A stretch of DNA of 64,000 nt from a virus (Duplodnaviria > Caudoviricetes). Under the pieces are notes generated by a model, which saw only the letters and a program-made list of their open reading frames with translations, ran no database searches and was not told the origin of the DNA. Each line of letters starts with the position of its first letter. The stretch's first letter is position 1. Shown piece by piece: positions 1 through 10,945 of the stretch. Both the position numbers and the translations under genes were made by a program. The DNA lies in the IMG/VR virus record IMGVR_UViG_3300009151_000001, positions 1 to 64,000 of that record. One strand, 5' to 3'.

Positions 1-306
1 AAAGTAAACAAATATCAACAAGGTGGAACAGCTGTTCCTAAAGGAATGGTGAAAGGAGAGATGACAGGTAAACTGTATTCTAAATCTGATATGGATAGTT
101 GGCAAACTAAACAAGCTGCTGCTCTTACTAAACAAGCTGCTGCTTATAAAAAACCTTCTCCATCTCCAATCCCTAGTAAGAAAATGGGTGGAAGTATTGG
201 GAAGACACCTTCTACTCCAGCTGAAAAAAAGTTTGCTGCTTTAGCTCCACCAAAAAATAAAATAACATTTGCTGATAAAGTAACAGGTGCTAAAAAGAAA
301 AAATAA
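1..306 (+). CDS. Small basic Lys-rich virion/internal protein, 5' truncated (frame open from base 1)
   Basis: The frame reads KVNKYQQGGTAVPKG into the ORF-track Met at 46. It contains KYQQGG and KKMGG motifs like those in the cargo proteins at 26903-33202. Confidence 0.7.
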   Translation, partial: KVNKYQQGGTAVPKGMVKGEMTGKLYSKSDMDSWQTKQAAALTKQAAAYKKPSPSPIPSKKMGGSIGKTPSTPAEKKFAALAPPKNKITFADKVTGAKKKK

Positions 307-452
307 TGGCTAAAGAGATGATTAAAAGAGCTGATGGTTCTAAGTCACAAAGAGGACTTTGGGATAATATTCGGGATAATAAAGGTTCTGGTAAAAAACC
401 TACAGCTCAAATGTTGAAACAAGAAAAAAAAATAAAAGCTAAATCTAAGTAA
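306..452 (+). CDS. 48-aa basic protein (MAKEMIKRADGSKSQRGLWDNIRDNKGSGKKPTAQMLKQEKKIKAKSK), not in ORF track
   Basis: The ATG overlaps the upstream TAA (TAATG). The ORF ends at TAA 450-452 and fills the gap before the ATG at 454. Confidence 0.75.
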   Translation: MAKEMIKRADGSKSQRGLWDNIRDNKGSGKKPTAQMLKQEKKIKAKSK

Positions 453-453
453 T

Positions 454-690
454 ATGTCAGAAGCTTGGCAAAGAAAAGAAGGTAAAAATCCTAGTGGTGG
501 ACTAAATCAAAAAGGAAGAGATTCTTATAATAGAAGTCATCCGGGATCACATCTTAAAGCTCCTCAACCAGAAGGTGGTCCTAGAAAGAAGTCATTTTGT
601 GCTAGGATGTCTGGTGTAAAAGGTCCAATGAAAAAACCTAATGGTGAACCTACTAGAAAAGCTTTAGCTCTCAAAAAATGGAAGTGTTGA
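454..690 (+). CDS. Small basic phage protein, DUF6321-like
   Basis: The AWQRKEGKNPxGGLNxKGRxSY...SFCARM...KWKC pattern is recalled from a widespread phage family. Confidence 0.7.
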   Translation: MSEAWQRKEGKNPSGGLNQKGRDSYNRSHPGSHLKAPQPEGGPRKKSFCARMSGVKGPMKKPNGEPTRKALALKKWKC

Positions 691-691
691 T

Positions 692-1393
692 ATGACAAAC
701 TCATTATTACAAATAAAAATAAAACAGAGATTGAACAAACTAGCTTCATTTGATTATGACAATATACAATGTTGGCAGATTCAAGAAGCGTTTAATAAAG
801 CTCAGTTGGATTGGGTGAGACGTCAGATTTACGGAATTAATTCTAGAAAAGAAGGAATGGAACAATCTACAGGATTAGTAGATGATCTAAGAATCCTTCT
901 TACCGATGCTTCTTTAAAAAAAATAAATAATAAAAAAGAATACGCAGAGTGTGAAATTCCAGAAAATTACTTATATTATAGTAGAGTAGATGCTTACGCT
1001 ATGACAGATTGTTGTCCTAAAAGAAGAATGACAGTTTATGAAGTAGAAGAAGCTAACATCTCGGTTATATTAAATAGTAAAAATATAGCTCCCAATTTTG
1101 AATGGTCTGAGACAGTTGCAACATTCTTAGGAAAAAACTTAAGAGTATATAGTAATGAATCTTTTAATATAACAGATGTTACATTAGTTTATTATAGACT
1201 TCCAAGACCAATACAGATAAAAGGATGTGTAAACATAGATGATGGAATAGCTTTTTTACAAGATCAGACTTGTGAGTTTAAAGATGATATAGCTGAAATA
1301 CTAACTATGGAAGCTGCATCAATACTAGCGGGAGATATAGAGAGTCAGATGCAATATCAAAGAAGTCAATCAGAAATACAAAAAGAAAGCTAA
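692..1393 (+). CDS. Head-tail connector / tail ring protein (crAss-like)
   Basis: 233 aa. It has an N-terminal helical FNKAQ motif, YYRLP and a C-terminal helix, typical of crAss ring proteins, and lies in the structural module. Confidence 0.6.
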   Translation: MTNSLLQIKIKQRLNKLASFDYDNIQCWQIQEAFNKAQLDWVRRQIYGINSRKEGMEQSTGLVDDLRILLTDASLKKINNKKEYAECEIPENYLYYSRVDAYAMTDCCPKRRMTVYEVEEANISVILNSKNIAPNFEWSETVATFLGKNLRVYSNESFNITDVTLVYYRLPRPIQIKGCVNIDDGIAFLQDQTCEFKDDIAEILTMEAASILAGDIESQMQYQRSQSEIQKES

Positions 1394-1815
1394 TGACAAA
1401 GTTACAAAGACCGGGATATACACAAAGCGGTAGTTCTTTAGAATCTAAAGTATCAGCTTTAGTATCTGAACTAATGAACGCGGGAACTAGTTTTCATAAG
1501 TTACATTTAAAGATAACAGGAATAGGTTCTTACGCTGGTCATAAAGCTCTTAATGAGATATATGACGCTATGCCAGATCACGCTGATGATTTAGCTGAAG
1601 GATTCCAAGGAGCTTCTGAAAAACTTTTAGAATATACTGATATAGCTCCTCGAGTATTAAACTCAGTACAAGAAGCTCTTTCTTATTGTAGAGATTTAAA
1701 ACAAATGATTGACGCGTTACAATCTATAATGCCATATTCAGAAATAATAAATGATTTGGATAACGTAAAGAGTTCTATAAACTCTGTAAAATATAAACTT
1801 TTATTCTTAAAATAA
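1393..1815 (+). CDS. Dps/ferritin-like four-helix protein (DUF5856-like)
   Basis: HKLH...GHKALNEIYD...DDLAE matches the Dps ferroxidase-site pattern, and the C-terminus is KYKLLFL. Confidence 0.75.
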   Translation: MTKLQRPGYTQSGSSLESKVSALVSELMNAGTSFHKLHLKITGIGSYAGHKALNEIYDAMPDHADDLAEGFQGASEKLLEYTDIAPRVLNSVQEALSYCRDLKQMIDALQSIMPYSEIINDLDNVKSSINSVKYKLLFLK

Positions 1816-1845
1816 TTTTTTTTATAACCCCAAAATTTAACAATT

Positions 1846-3804
1846 ATGTATTTTCCTAACGCGTTTCGGAAGTCGTTTCTTCCAGTACCTTCAAGTACTG
1901 TTTCATTAAGTACAGCTACATTAGGTACAACAACAGGTTTCGTTTTACCTGTAAGTTCTGCTACAAATATTGTAGCTAATCAATTAGTAAGTGGTACAGG
2001 TATTCAAGCTGGTACAACTGTAGTAAGTGTTTCTGGTAGTAATATTACAATTTCTTTACCAATTAACGCTTACATTGCAAGTGGTACAACTATTACCTTT
2101 GGTCCAGGTACAGCTGCTCCTACAACAACTGCGGCTCTTAATCTTCCTAACGTTTTAACATTTTCTTCTACAACAGGTGTTGTAATTGGTATGAGTGTTA
2201 GCGGTACAAGTATTCCTGCTGGAACAACAGTTACTGCTGTAACAAGTACTACAGTAACTTTATCAGCTAGTGTAACAGCTACAATTGCTACTACAGCAGC
2301 TATTTCTTTTGGTTCTAGTATAGCTTTAGCTAGTTCTGGTACTACAGCAGCTTTAACAGCTGGTAAACTAGGGTTTTTTAATTTTAAAGATTATAGTGCT
2401 CTTTTAACTCCAAGTACTACTCCATTTATCATTGCTCAAGGTTCTTACTTTACACAAGATAAGATTGGACCGGTTCATGGTGGATATCAAGAATCTGTAA
2501 AATCTAAAGTAATTAATCCTAAGTACATTAGTCGTGTAATTAAAGTAAATGCTAAAACTCCAGTTAACCAAGTAGTTAAAGTATCTGTAGGTGCTGGTGT
2601 TACAACTGATTCTACTTATAGATTACGTCTTGATATTAAAGGTTCTCCAGCTTTACGTTTTTTAAATCACCAATTGTATAGAACAATTGATGCTTACACA
2701 GGTTGCGCTAACACAACTAACCCAACTTATGTAAAAGATGCTGTATCTACCCTTCTTTTATGGAAAGATGCTATCAATAGTTATCCTACTATTAAAGATA
2801 TGGTACAAGCTAGAGTTTATAAATTAGCTTATAGCGCTTCTGCAGCAAGTGGTACATCTAGTATTACAACTACATCTGCAACTATAGCTAACACAGCTTT
2901 TACAACTGGTAATGGTGTTGCTGTTGGTCAAAAAGTTGTTGGTACTGGTATTCCAGCTAACGCTTTTGTAACTACATTAACTTCTGGTACAAGTGTTGTT
3001 ATTACTTTCCCTACTCAATCAGTGGCTCCTACTATCACCACACCATCTGTTAAATTTTATAACGATGTTTATAGTGCAGCTGGTGTTGTAGCTTATATTC
3101 CTAATACTCAATCTGAAACTGGAGTTGGTGGTAATTTAGTAAAAGGTCTTGGTATTCCAACGGGTTTAACATCTACAGTATATGTACCTGATGCTGAGGC
3201 AGCTTCTATAACTACAGATGCTCATATTGAGTTAACAGTAGCTTATATGGAAACTAAGTTTGGAACTTGTACTTTTACTCCTACAGATAAATATGATATC
3301 GAGCCTTTGATTATATATGCTTCTGTAGTAGATGAAGATGGTGATCCTTGTTCTGGTAATCCATTTGTAGCTAATACAACTGATGCAACTGGTATAGCTG
3401 CAACAACTCCATACTTATCTAGTCATGGTTTTGAAGTACAAAAACCAGTACAAGCGTTTGGTGTAGGTGAAACAGTTTTACGTGAGCTTATATTGGATGG
3501 TCGTTATTTACAAAATGCTTATCCAGATTCTAGTAGAGTTGAATCATTCCGTATGAGAGAGATTGAAGCTGATCCAGCTTTATCTACTATATCTCGTACT
3601 GGTTATTATGATAGAGTGATGATTCTTCATAATGTACCTCGTTTCTACAACCCAACCGCTACATTTGATAATGATCAGTATTTGATAGTTGTTCACGTTC
3701 CTAAAGGAACTGATACTACAGCTTTCACTAACTTCTTAGTAAATAGTGCTAACTTATCTCAAGGTTCTGGTTCAATATCTTTAGAAGGTGATGGTACATA
3801 TTAA
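1846..3804 (+). CDS. Virion structural protein (auxiliary capsid/decoration type) with three inserted Thr/Ser/Gly-rich beta domains
   Basis: 652 aa with a conserved-looking core (HGGYQESVKSK, HNVPRFYNP..FDNDQY) and three copies of G..V.GT.I.A...V. It is followed by a strong terminator. Confidence 0.55.
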   Translation: MYFPNAFRKSFLPVPSSTVSLSTATLGTTTGFVLPVSSATNIVANQLVSGTGIQAGTTVVSVSGSNITISLPINAYIASGTTITFGPGTAAPTTTAALNLPNVLTFSSTTGVVIGMSVSGTSIPAGTTVTAVTSTTVTLSASVTATIATTAAISFGSSIALASSGTTAALTAGKLGFFNFKDYSALLTPSTTPFIIAQGSYFTQDKIGPVHGGYQESVKSKVINPKYISRVIKVNAKTPVNQVVKVSVGAGVTTDSTYRLRLDIKGSPALRFLNHQLYRTIDAYTGCANTTNPTYVKDAVSTLLLWKDAINSYPTIKDMVQARVYKLAYSASAASGTSSITTTSATIANTAFTTGNGVAVGQKVVGTGIPANAFVTTLTSGTSVVITFPTQSVAPTITTPSVKFYNDVYSAAGVVAYIPNTQSETGVGGNLVKGLGIPTGLTSTVYVPDAEAASITTDAHIELTVAYMETKFGTCTFTPTDKYDIEPLIIYASVVDEDGDPCSGNPFVANTTDATGIAATTPYLSSHGFEVQKPVQAFGVGETVLRELILDGRYLQNAYPDSSRVESFRMREIEADPALSTISRTGYYDRVMILHNVPRFYNPTATFDNDQYLIVVHVPKGTDTTAFTNFLVNSANLSQGSGSISLEGDGTY

Positions 3805-3824
3805 TTAATATCCTTAAAAACCTT

Positions 3825-3865
3825 AAAGGGAGTAGATCTTTGGATCTCTCCCTTTTTTGTTTTTG
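3825..3865 (+). terminator. Rho-independent terminator
   Basis: AAAGGGAG-T-AGATC/TTTG/GATCT-CTCCCTTT hairpin followed by a T-run. Confidence 0.85.
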
Positions 3866-3875
3866 GCAATGTCTC

Positions 3876-3902
3876 TTTTTTTTGTTATATTTATAATGTA
3901 TA
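3876..3902 (+). promoter_or_regulatory. Putative phage late-promoter motif (short copy)
   Basis: TTTTTG-TTATATT-TATAATGTA lies just after a terminator and resembles 11719, 20049 and 33235. Confidence 0.45.
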
Positions 3903-3914
3903 ATAATTAACATC

Positions 3915-4469
3915 ATGTCTAATAAACATCAACTAAGTTTAGAAACACCAGACTCAAATAATATCAAAGTATTAAGATTATTTGATACTAGTTTTTATGC
4001 TGAAAATGTAAACGTAGATTGTGCTACGTTACGTATAACATCTCCCGGATTCAATCTTCCTATAGTAATAGATGTTCTTCCTAGTTTTAATCTAGTGTTG
4101 AGCGCGTGCAGTCTTGGTATACAACGATCTGGTTGTGGAGAACGTTCTATGCCTCTACCAGATGGTATATATGTTATTAATTATTCTGTAAGTCCTAATG
4201 ATAAAGTGTATGTAGAATACAATCATTTAAGAACTACTCAGATAATGAATAAATATTATGGAATACTTGGTCAATTAGAAATGGCCGCGTGTGAACCAGC
4301 CGCTGATGTAAAAGAGATGTTAAATGAACTAAGACTTATAAAGAGTTTTATAGATGCAGCTAAAGCTAAAGTTGAATATACATTACAACCAGAAGCTGGG
4401 ATGGATCTTTTTATATATGCTAAAAAACGTCTTGATAGATTAACATCAAGAGATTGTGTAAACTGTTAA
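3915..4469 (+). CDS. Cys-rich structural protein (tail hub/fibre-docking type)
   Basis: 184 aa with an LPDGIY.I.YSV motif and a C-terminal CVNC. Confidence 0.55.
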   Translation: MSNKHQLSLETPDSNNIKVLRLFDTSFYAENVNVDCATLRITSPGFNLPIVIDVLPSFNLVLSACSLGIQRSGCGERSMPLPDGIYVINYSVSPNDKVYVEYNHLRTTQIMNKYYGILGQLEMAACEPAADVKEMLNELRLIKSFIDAAKAKVEYTLQPEAGMDLFIYAKKRLDRLTSRDCVNC

Positions 4470-4480
4470 AATAAACCAAT

Positions 4481-4633
4481 ATGTCAGTTTGTCCGAATTG
4501 TAAATCAACCCTATCTTGTGGTTGTCAAATAAGAACAGCTTCTGATGGAGCTAGAGTCTGTGCTAACTGTATCAGCGCTTATGAAAATTCTTTAGTAATG
4601 ATAAGAAACGCTTCACAAATTAAAAAACCCTAA
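4481..4633 (+). CDS. 50-aa Cys-rich putative Zn-binding protein (MSVCPNCKSTLSCGCQ...VCANC...), not in ORF track
   Basis: ATG 4481 to TAA 4631-4633. It has CxxC, CxC and CxxC motifs and fills the intergenic gap. Confidence 0.75.
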   Translation: MSVCPNCKSTLSCGCQIRTASDGARVCANCISAYENSLVMIRNASQIKKP

Positions 4634-4635
4634 CT

Positions 4636-5253
4636 ATGAAAGATTTCTTTTCAAATAGAGAAAGATATTACGAAAACTTTGCTAATGCTGTCTATAGACA
4701 ACATAAGAAACTTCGTTATGGTATATCAACATGTAAACCAGATATTGATGTAGATCTTGCTACTATGAGAAGAGATTTAGTAGAGTGGCAATCTAAAAAT
4801 GATAGTGACGCTTTATGTTCTACTAATATATCTTATACAACATGGCTTCCTGTTAGTTATACACCACAGGAATTAGAAAGACTAGAACATGATGTTCCTG
4901 ATAATGGTCCCGGATATGTACATTCATATACTACTAGTGGACCTACTGGTATAGGACTAGGTTATCAATATGGAGATGGAACACAAAATATTATACAGGT
5001 GAATACTGGTGGATGTTTAACACGTATTAATCTTAATCCAGCGATCACTGTAAATAACGGAACAGCTTTTCAATTTAGTCAGGGAACACCTTTAGCTACT
5101 TGGATAATAAATCATAACTTAGGATATATTCCTAATGTGTGGGAAAAAGATCTTGCTGGTAATAATATAGAAGGAACTCTTGAAGTTGTTGATAATAATA
5201 ATATAAAAATTCACTTTAGCTCACCTGTAGCGGGTGTAGCCTATCTATCATAA
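4636..5253 (+). CDS. Structural protein with C-terminal W-x-I-x-HNLG beta domain
   Basis: 205 aa. TWIINHNLGYIPNV...VAGVAYLS is a common phage fibre-associated domain. Confidence 0.55.
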   Translation: MKDFFSNRERYYENFANAVYRQHKKLRYGISTCKPDIDVDLATMRRDLVEWQSKNDSDALCSTNISYTTWLPVSYTPQELERLEHDVPDNGPGYVHSYTTSGPTGIGLGYQYGDGTQNIIQVNTGGCLTRINLNPAITVNNGTAFQFSQGTPLATWIINHNLGYIPNVWEKDLAGNNIEGTLEVVDNNNIKIHFSSPVAGVAYLS

Positions 5254-5254
5254 C

Positions 5255-6895
5255 ATGGCTGAAGATAAAAAATACTATCATAATATTGACTTAGATAAAA
5301 ATAAAGTAAAGAATATATTACTTAATCCATTATCTACATCAGAAAGAACAGCACTTTCTTTATCAACTACTGATAAAGGATATGTTGTTTTTGATACTAG
5401 TTTAAATAGTCAATATTTTTGGAATGGTACACAATGGATACAATCTTCTGGATCTACACCTACATTACAATCTGTTCTTAATGTAGGAAACGGCGCGTCT
5501 AATTATGGTGGAATAGGTAATGCTAGTATTCAACTAACTAACTTTACTAATAATAGAACATTATATATAAATGATAATAATTATCCTACTATTAAAATAG
5601 TTGATAATCTTAATAGTAATCACACTCTATCTATAGATCTTGATACTATTACATTAAATGGAACATCTTATAATTGGTCAAGTATAATAAGTCCTTCTAG
5701 TCCAAGTTTACAACAAGTAACAAATATTAATAAAGTAGATGGATATAGTGTAACTACTAATCCTATAAAAGTTGATTCTACTAGTGCTTGGAGTCAGATA
5801 GATGCTGATGCTGTAGGTACAGAAAATAAAATAACAGGTACATATGCTTATATAGGAGCTGATGGAATAATTGGTTTAAAAAATACATTAAAAGAATCTA
5901 CATTAAAAAATACAAATGTTACAAATAATGTATATTTAGAATTTCCTAATCCAGTAGATGGTACTTATACACTTCCATTATCTGTAAATGGTGTACAACC
6001 TAATAGTTCTGGAGATATTTCTATTACTTCATCTACTAGTACAAATGTTGTAGCAGATGTTAGTGTTGGAGCTATTAACGCTGGAGACACTATACCAATT
6101 GGTACAGATATTCAGGAATTAGTAACACAAATATTCTCTAAAACATTCTATCCTACATTCACTGCTCCTACATTCTCTCTTAGCAATAATGCTGGAACAA
6201 GAGAAATTGGAAGTACAGCAACAGTAAGACTTACCTTTACATATAATAGAGGAAGTATAAATGGTAAATTAGTTACTTTAGCAGGTATAACTACATGGAA
6301 CCCATCTACATCACAAGGAACTAGATCTGGTGCTGCTACATCTTATTTAATAGATGGTAATACTACTAGTAATAATTATTATGATGTAAGTGTAACATTT
6401 ACACCAACTACTATTACAAAGTATGCTACTGTTACTTATGCAGCAGGTCCACAACCTACAGATAGTAAAACGAATAATTATGATGCTCCATATCCAGCTG
6501 GAACATCCCCATCACAATCAACAACTATTTCAGCTATATATCCTTATTTTTGGTATAAAAGTAGTAATCCTATAAGTGCTACAGATATGCAAACAGCTAT
6601 AGCTTCTGGAGCTGCTACAAAAGTTGTAGGTGATTCAACAGGAACATTATCTATAACATTTGCTGCGGCTGGTGAATATTTAGCTGTTGCATATCCAGCT
6701 ACATCTACTACTAAAACAAAATGGTGGGTTAGTATTTCAGATAACCAAGCTATTCCTGGAGGTACATTAAATAGTGCTGTATCATTAAATTGTACATCTA
6801 CATATTGGTCAGGGATATCATATAAAATACACGTTAGTCCAGCTCCAATAACAATGTCTGTTGATTATCCAACAGCAGAACTAAGAAATGTTTAA
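5255..6895 (+). CDS. Tail/head fibre protein
   Basis: 546 aa, T/S/N-rich, with repeated P(T/S)LQ(S/Q)V motifs, SVNG and an Ig-like C-terminal region. Confidence 0.6.
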   Translation: MAEDKKYYHNIDLDKNKVKNILLNPLSTSERTALSLSTTDKGYVVFDTSLNSQYFWNGTQWIQSSGSTPTLQSVLNVGNGASNYGGIGNASIQLTNFTNNRTLYINDNNYPTIKIVDNLNSNHTLSIDLDTITLNGTSYNWSSIISPSSPSLQQVTNINKVDGYSVTTNPIKVDSTSAWSQIDADAVGTENKITGTYAYIGADGIIGLKNTLKESTLKNTNVTNNVYLEFPNPVDGTYTLPLSVNGVQPNSSGDISITSSTSTNVVADVSVGAINAGDTIPIGTDIQELVTQIFSKTFYPTFTAPTFSLSNNAGTREIGSTATVRLTFTYNRGSINGKLVTLAGITTWNPSTSQGTRSGAATSYLIDGNTTSNNYYDVSVTFTPTTITKYATVTYAAGPQPTDSKTNNYDAPYPAGTSPSQSTTISAIYPYFWYKSSNPISATDMQTAIASGAATKVVGDSTGTLSITFAAAGEYLAVAYPATSTTKTKWWVSISDNQAIPGGTLNSAVSLNCTSTYWSGISYKIHVSPAPITMSVDYPTAELRNV

Positions 6896-6901
6896 TATAT
6901 T

Positions 6902-9900
6902 ATGGCAGTAGCATTTACAGATAATTTAAGTATAGGTCAACCTAAACCAGCTGATAGTAGATATTTTAATGGGCTTAGTCCATGGGCATCTACATCTGCT
7001 GTAACTACTGGTATTTTATCTACAGTAAGGTATAGAGGTTTAACAGTAAATATTAATGGTGTTGAATATTGGTTTAAAGATGGAGTAGCTAATAGCGATT
7101 TAGTAGTAAAATCTGTAGATTTATCAGGATATGTTCCATATACAGGAGCAACAACTGATGTTAACTTAGGAAGTTATGGTATTACTACTAACACTATTAC
7201 ACTACCAGGTACAACATCTCAATATGTAAGAGGTGATGGTAGTTTAGCCACTTTTACAACTTACAGTTTACCAACAGCTTCTTCTTCTATATTAGGAGGA
7301 GTTAAAATAGGAAGTGGTGTTTCTATAGATTTATATGGAATAATATCTGTATCTACTAATTATCAAGCTCCTTTAAATGGAACAGGATTTGTTAAAATAT
7401 CTGAAACTACTATCTCTTATGACAATAGTACATATCTTACAGCTAATCAAACAATAACTTTATCAGGAGATATTTCAGGAACAGGTTCTACATCTATTAC
7501 AACTTCTTTATCTACAATTACGCAAGCATCATCAGGAAGTTTTGTAAAAATTACTTTAGATACTAAAGGTAGAGTGGTAGGTAATACACCAGTAATAGCT
7601 TCTGATTTAACATCTTTATTAAATTCTTCATATTTTCCTTTATTAGGTGGTTCTATCACAGGAATAGGAGGAAATGGGTTTGTTGGTTATATTTCTCAAT
7701 CAGCTACACCATCCACACCTTCTAGTGGATTTAGATTATATGCTGATAACACTAATAGATTTAGTTGGATTGGAGCTAATGGATATATTAGAACTTTTGA
7801 TGGTGTTGCTAATACAGCAAGTAGAGTATATACACTTCCTGATAGAGATATTACATTTGATAATATTACAACATCTTCTACAACAAATGGTACAGGTTTT
7901 TTAAAAGGTAATGGCTCTAACATATCCTTTGATAATTCAACATATCTTACTTCTGTAGGTATTTCTAATCTAACAGCTACAGGCACACCTTCTTCTACTA
8001 CTTATCTAAGAGGTGATAATACTTGGGCTGCTATAACAAGTTCGCAATGGATTACAAGTGGTAATGATATTTATTATAATACAGGTAGAGTAGCTATAGG
8101 TACTACTCTATCTACAAGTTCACCATCTTTTCAAGTATTCCAACCAACAACAGGAGTAGGGACTATGACTATTACTTCTGGTGCAGTAGTTGGTTCTAGT
8201 ACTCAATTTACAAATACTTTTAAAGTAAGTGATACATTTGTTTCTAATGGAACAACTTACACAATAACAGTTGTAACATCTGATACAGCTATGACTGTTA
8301 CACCTACAACACCAAACCAAGCTGCTGGTTCTACTTATACATTAACAGGAGGAAGTAGATTTAGTGTTAGAGGTAATGGTAATGTAAGTATAGGAGGTGG
8401 AGAAATCCAATTTGTACCAACTAATACAAATGGGTTAGCTATATATAATGATTTGAATAATTTCAGTTCTAATAGTTATAATAGATTAAGGCTATATGGT
8501 GGTGGTCAAGGAAATTATAATTTTTATATTACTCCTGAAACAAATGTTGCTGGATATCAATCATCTACCTTAACAATAGGTGCTACTTATGGGACATCAA
8601 TAACTTCAATACAAGGAGGTACTGTTAATATTAGTAATGCTAAGTTTTTAAATAGTACAATATTGGGTGGATTTAATGTTGGTGATGGAGTTACAGTAGC
8701 ATCAATAAGCCCAAATAGAACAGCCGCTCAAGTTGGTGCGAGTTGGAATATGCTAAGTATAGTGCCTAGAATAAACGAAACAGATGCAGTATATACTCGA
8801 TACCTTATCAGTACTGGCGTATATAATGGTAATAATTTAAATACTCATACATTTTTTACAGTTAATATGAGTGGAAATGTTCAAATAGGTGGTGCTAATA
8901 CATTATCTTCATCATTTCAAGTATCTCAAGCTACTAATGGTATTGGGACTGTTTCTACATCAGGTACTACAATTACAGGTTATCAAACTCAATTTACAAA
9001 TACATTTAAAATAGGCGATATAATATTATTAGGAAGTACTGCTACTGTTTGGAGTAGTGGTACTGCTTATACAGTAGGTCAATCTGTTAGTAATGGTGGT
9101 AATACCTATGTAGTAACTACAGCAGGTACAGGTGGAACAGGTCCTACAGGTACAAGTAGTACACCAGCTCAATTTGGTGGAGCTGGAGCCTTTTTTGCTT
9201 ATAATGTTTATACAATATCAGCAATAGCTTCTGATACTAGTATGACTACTAATACTCTACCTACTATTGCTACATCTATAGCATACACTCTTACAGGCGG
9301 TGCTAGATTTAATGTATATGGTAATGGTAATGTATCTTGGGGAACTCCAGGTACAGGAGGTACTAGTTCTACAATGTGGTGGGATGCTAGATATAATGCT
9401 TTAAATATAGGTAGTTCTACAAGTCAGTCTAGTTATCTGTTAAATGTAAATGGTTCTATTGCTTGTGGTGCTCTCACACTTACTTCTACTACAGCTAGTA
9501 CATACACTAATACCCAAACAATGTCTGGTACTAACTTTTCTAATCCTTCTAATGTTTTTATAGGAGATAATAGAGTGTTGGGTCCAGCCTTATCAATAAG
9601 TGGAACGTCACAAGCTGGAATAACTGTAGGAACATATACAAATATATCTCCTACAGGTGGTACAGGAAGTGGATTGATATTAACAGTAGTAGTAAGTGGT
9701 ACTTCACCTTTTACTGTTATTGCTACTATTACAACAGCAGGAACAGGGTATTTAGCTGGTGATGCCATAATAATTAATCAATCAGCAATAGGAGGTACTA
9801 CAGGCACGATTACACTATATGTTAATAGTATTACTACTTCAGTTACTCAATTATATAATAATAGTGTAGTAGCTATAAGACCATATTTTATAGACCAAGC

Positions 9901-10933
9901 TACAGGTAACACTCCTATCCTAACTTTAGCTGGAAAACCTAGAAATATAGATATAGGCACTGTTAATGACTTTACTATCTCTCAGAATTACACTAGAAGT
10001 AATGGAGCTGTATTTACAACACTTAATATAGGTAATACTACTTATATTCAAATGTATGGAGGTGGTTTATCTTTCCCTCAAGGTTTTAGCACATCTGGTG
10101 CAGTAACAATGTCTGGAGCAGTAACTATTTCAAATACATTATCATTAAGCAGGGGGTTTTCTTTAACAGGAACACAAAATTCAACAAACCTTCAAAAAAT
10201 ACAAGGTATACAAACTACTAATACAAATGCAGGAACATTTCTATCTAATTCTGTCATTAATAAAGGTGTTACATCTGTAAATCCAACTATTGTAAGTGGA
10301 GGTAGTGGATACACTACAGGTAGTTATACTAATGTAACCATAACAGGTGGGAGTGGAACAGGGATGACTTGTAATTTTACTGTTAACAGTAGTGGTGTAG
10401 TTACGGTTGCAACGATTAATAGTTTTGGTGTAAGCTATGTTCAAGGGGAAACAATATCAGCAACTATAGCAGGTGGTAGTGGATTATCTATGACTGCTAA
10501 TCTGAGGAGTGAGACAATGAATATGTTTTCTTCTACAGATACTTTTAACTCAACATATTCTGATATTTTTAGAGCCTTTAACTCTTCTCCAATTATTAAT
10601 CAAACAGGTGCAGCAAGTGGTTCAATTACAGGATTTTATCATAACCCTACACTTACAGCATTACTAGGTCAAAATATAGGTTATCAAAATGTTACAGGAG
10701 ATAATTTAATGAACACATCTAGTGGTTCTACTGTTATAGGAAGTTCCAGTATTAGTACTTCGGCTATACTTACATTAGTATCTACTACTAAAGGATTATT
10801 ACCTCCAAGAATGACTACTACACAAAAAAATGCTATAAGTAGTCCAGCTACAGGTTTGTTTTTGTTTGATACCACTTTAAATAAACTTTGTGTGTTTACA
10901 GGAACCTTTTGGGAAACTATAACTTCAATTTAA
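6902..10933 (+). CDS. Long tail fibre / receptor-binding protein
   Basis: 1343 aa, T/G/S-rich. It has [29 protein letters not shown], internal repeats and a C-terminal KGLLPPRMT domain. Confidence 0.75.
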   Translation: MAVAFTDNLSIGQPKPADSRYFNGLSPWASTSAVTTGILSTVRYRGLTVNINGVEYWFKDGVANSDLVVKSVDLSGYVPYTGATTDVNLGSYGITTNTITLPGTTSQYVRGDGSLATFTTYSLPTASSSILGGVKIGSGVSIDLYGIISVSTNYQAPLNGTGFVKISETTISYDNSTYLTANQTITLSGDISGTGSTSITTSLSTITQASSGSFVKITLDTKGRVVGNTPVIASDLTSLLNSSYFPLLGGSITGIGGNGFVGYISQSATPSTPSSGFRLYADNTNRFSWIGANGYIRTFDGVANTASRVYTLPDRDITFDNITTSSTTNGTGFLKGNGSNISFDNSTYLTSVGISNLTATGTPSSTTYLRGDNTWAAITSSQWITSGNDIYYNTGRVAIGTTLSTSSPSFQVFQPTTGVGTMTITSGAVVGSSTQFTNTFKVSDTFVSNGTTYTITVVTSDTAMTVTPTTPNQAAGSTYTLTGGSRFSVRGNGNVSIGGGEIQFVPTNTNGLAIYNDLNNFSSNSYNRLRLYGGGQGNYNFYITPETNVAGYQSSTLTIGATYGTSITSIQGGTVNISNAKFLNSTILGGFNVGDGVTVASISPNRTAAQVGASWNMLSIVPRINETDAVYTRYLISTGVYNGNNLNTHTFFTVNMSGNVQIGGANTLSSSFQVSQATNGIGTVSTSGTTITGYQTQFTNTFKIGDIILLGSTATVWSSGTAYTVGQSVSNGGNTYVVTTAGTGGTGPTGTSSTPAQFGGAGAFFAYNVYTISAIASDTSMTTNTLPTIATSIAYTLTGGARFNVYGNGNVSWGTPGTGGTSSTMWWDARYNALNIGSSTSQSSYLLNVNGSIACGALTLTSTTASTYTNTQTMSGTNFSNPSNVFIGDNRVLGPALSISGTSQAGITVGTYTNISPTGGTGSGLILTVVVSGTSPFTVIATITTAGTGYLAGDAIIINQSAIGGTTGTITLYVNSITTSVTQLYNNSVVAIRPYFIDQATGNTPILTLAGKPRNIDIGTVNDFTISQNYTRSNGAVFTTLNIGNTTYIQMYGGGLSFPQGFSTSGAVTMSGAVTISNTLSLSRGFSLTGTQNSTNLQKIQGIQTTNTNAGTFLSNSVINKGVTSVNPTIVSGGSGYTTGSYTNVTITGGSGTGMTCNFTVNSSGVVTVATINSFGVSYVQGETISATIAGGSGLSMTANLRSETMNMFSSTDTFNSTYSDIFRAFNSSPIINQTGAASGSITGFYHNPTLTALLGQNIGYQNVTGDNLMNTSSGSTVIGSSSISTSAILTLVSTTKGLLPPRMTTTQKNAISSPATGLFLFDTTLNKLCVFTGTFWETITSI
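8120..9335 (+). repeat. Degenerate internal duplication in the fibre gene (about 8120-8395 and 8905-9335)
   Basis: Protein repeat SFQV.Q.T.G.GT...TQFTNTFK..D...SDT.MT...YTLTGG.RF.V.GNGNVS. The identical 17-mer ACTCAATTTACAAATAC occurs at 8201 and 8987. Confidence 0.85.
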
Positions 10934-10945
10934 AAATATAAAAAT

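Noticed and set aside
8120-9335. Diversity-generating retroelement TR/VR pair
   Set aside because: Both copies are coding, differences are not adenine-specific, and there is no reverse transcriptase in the window.
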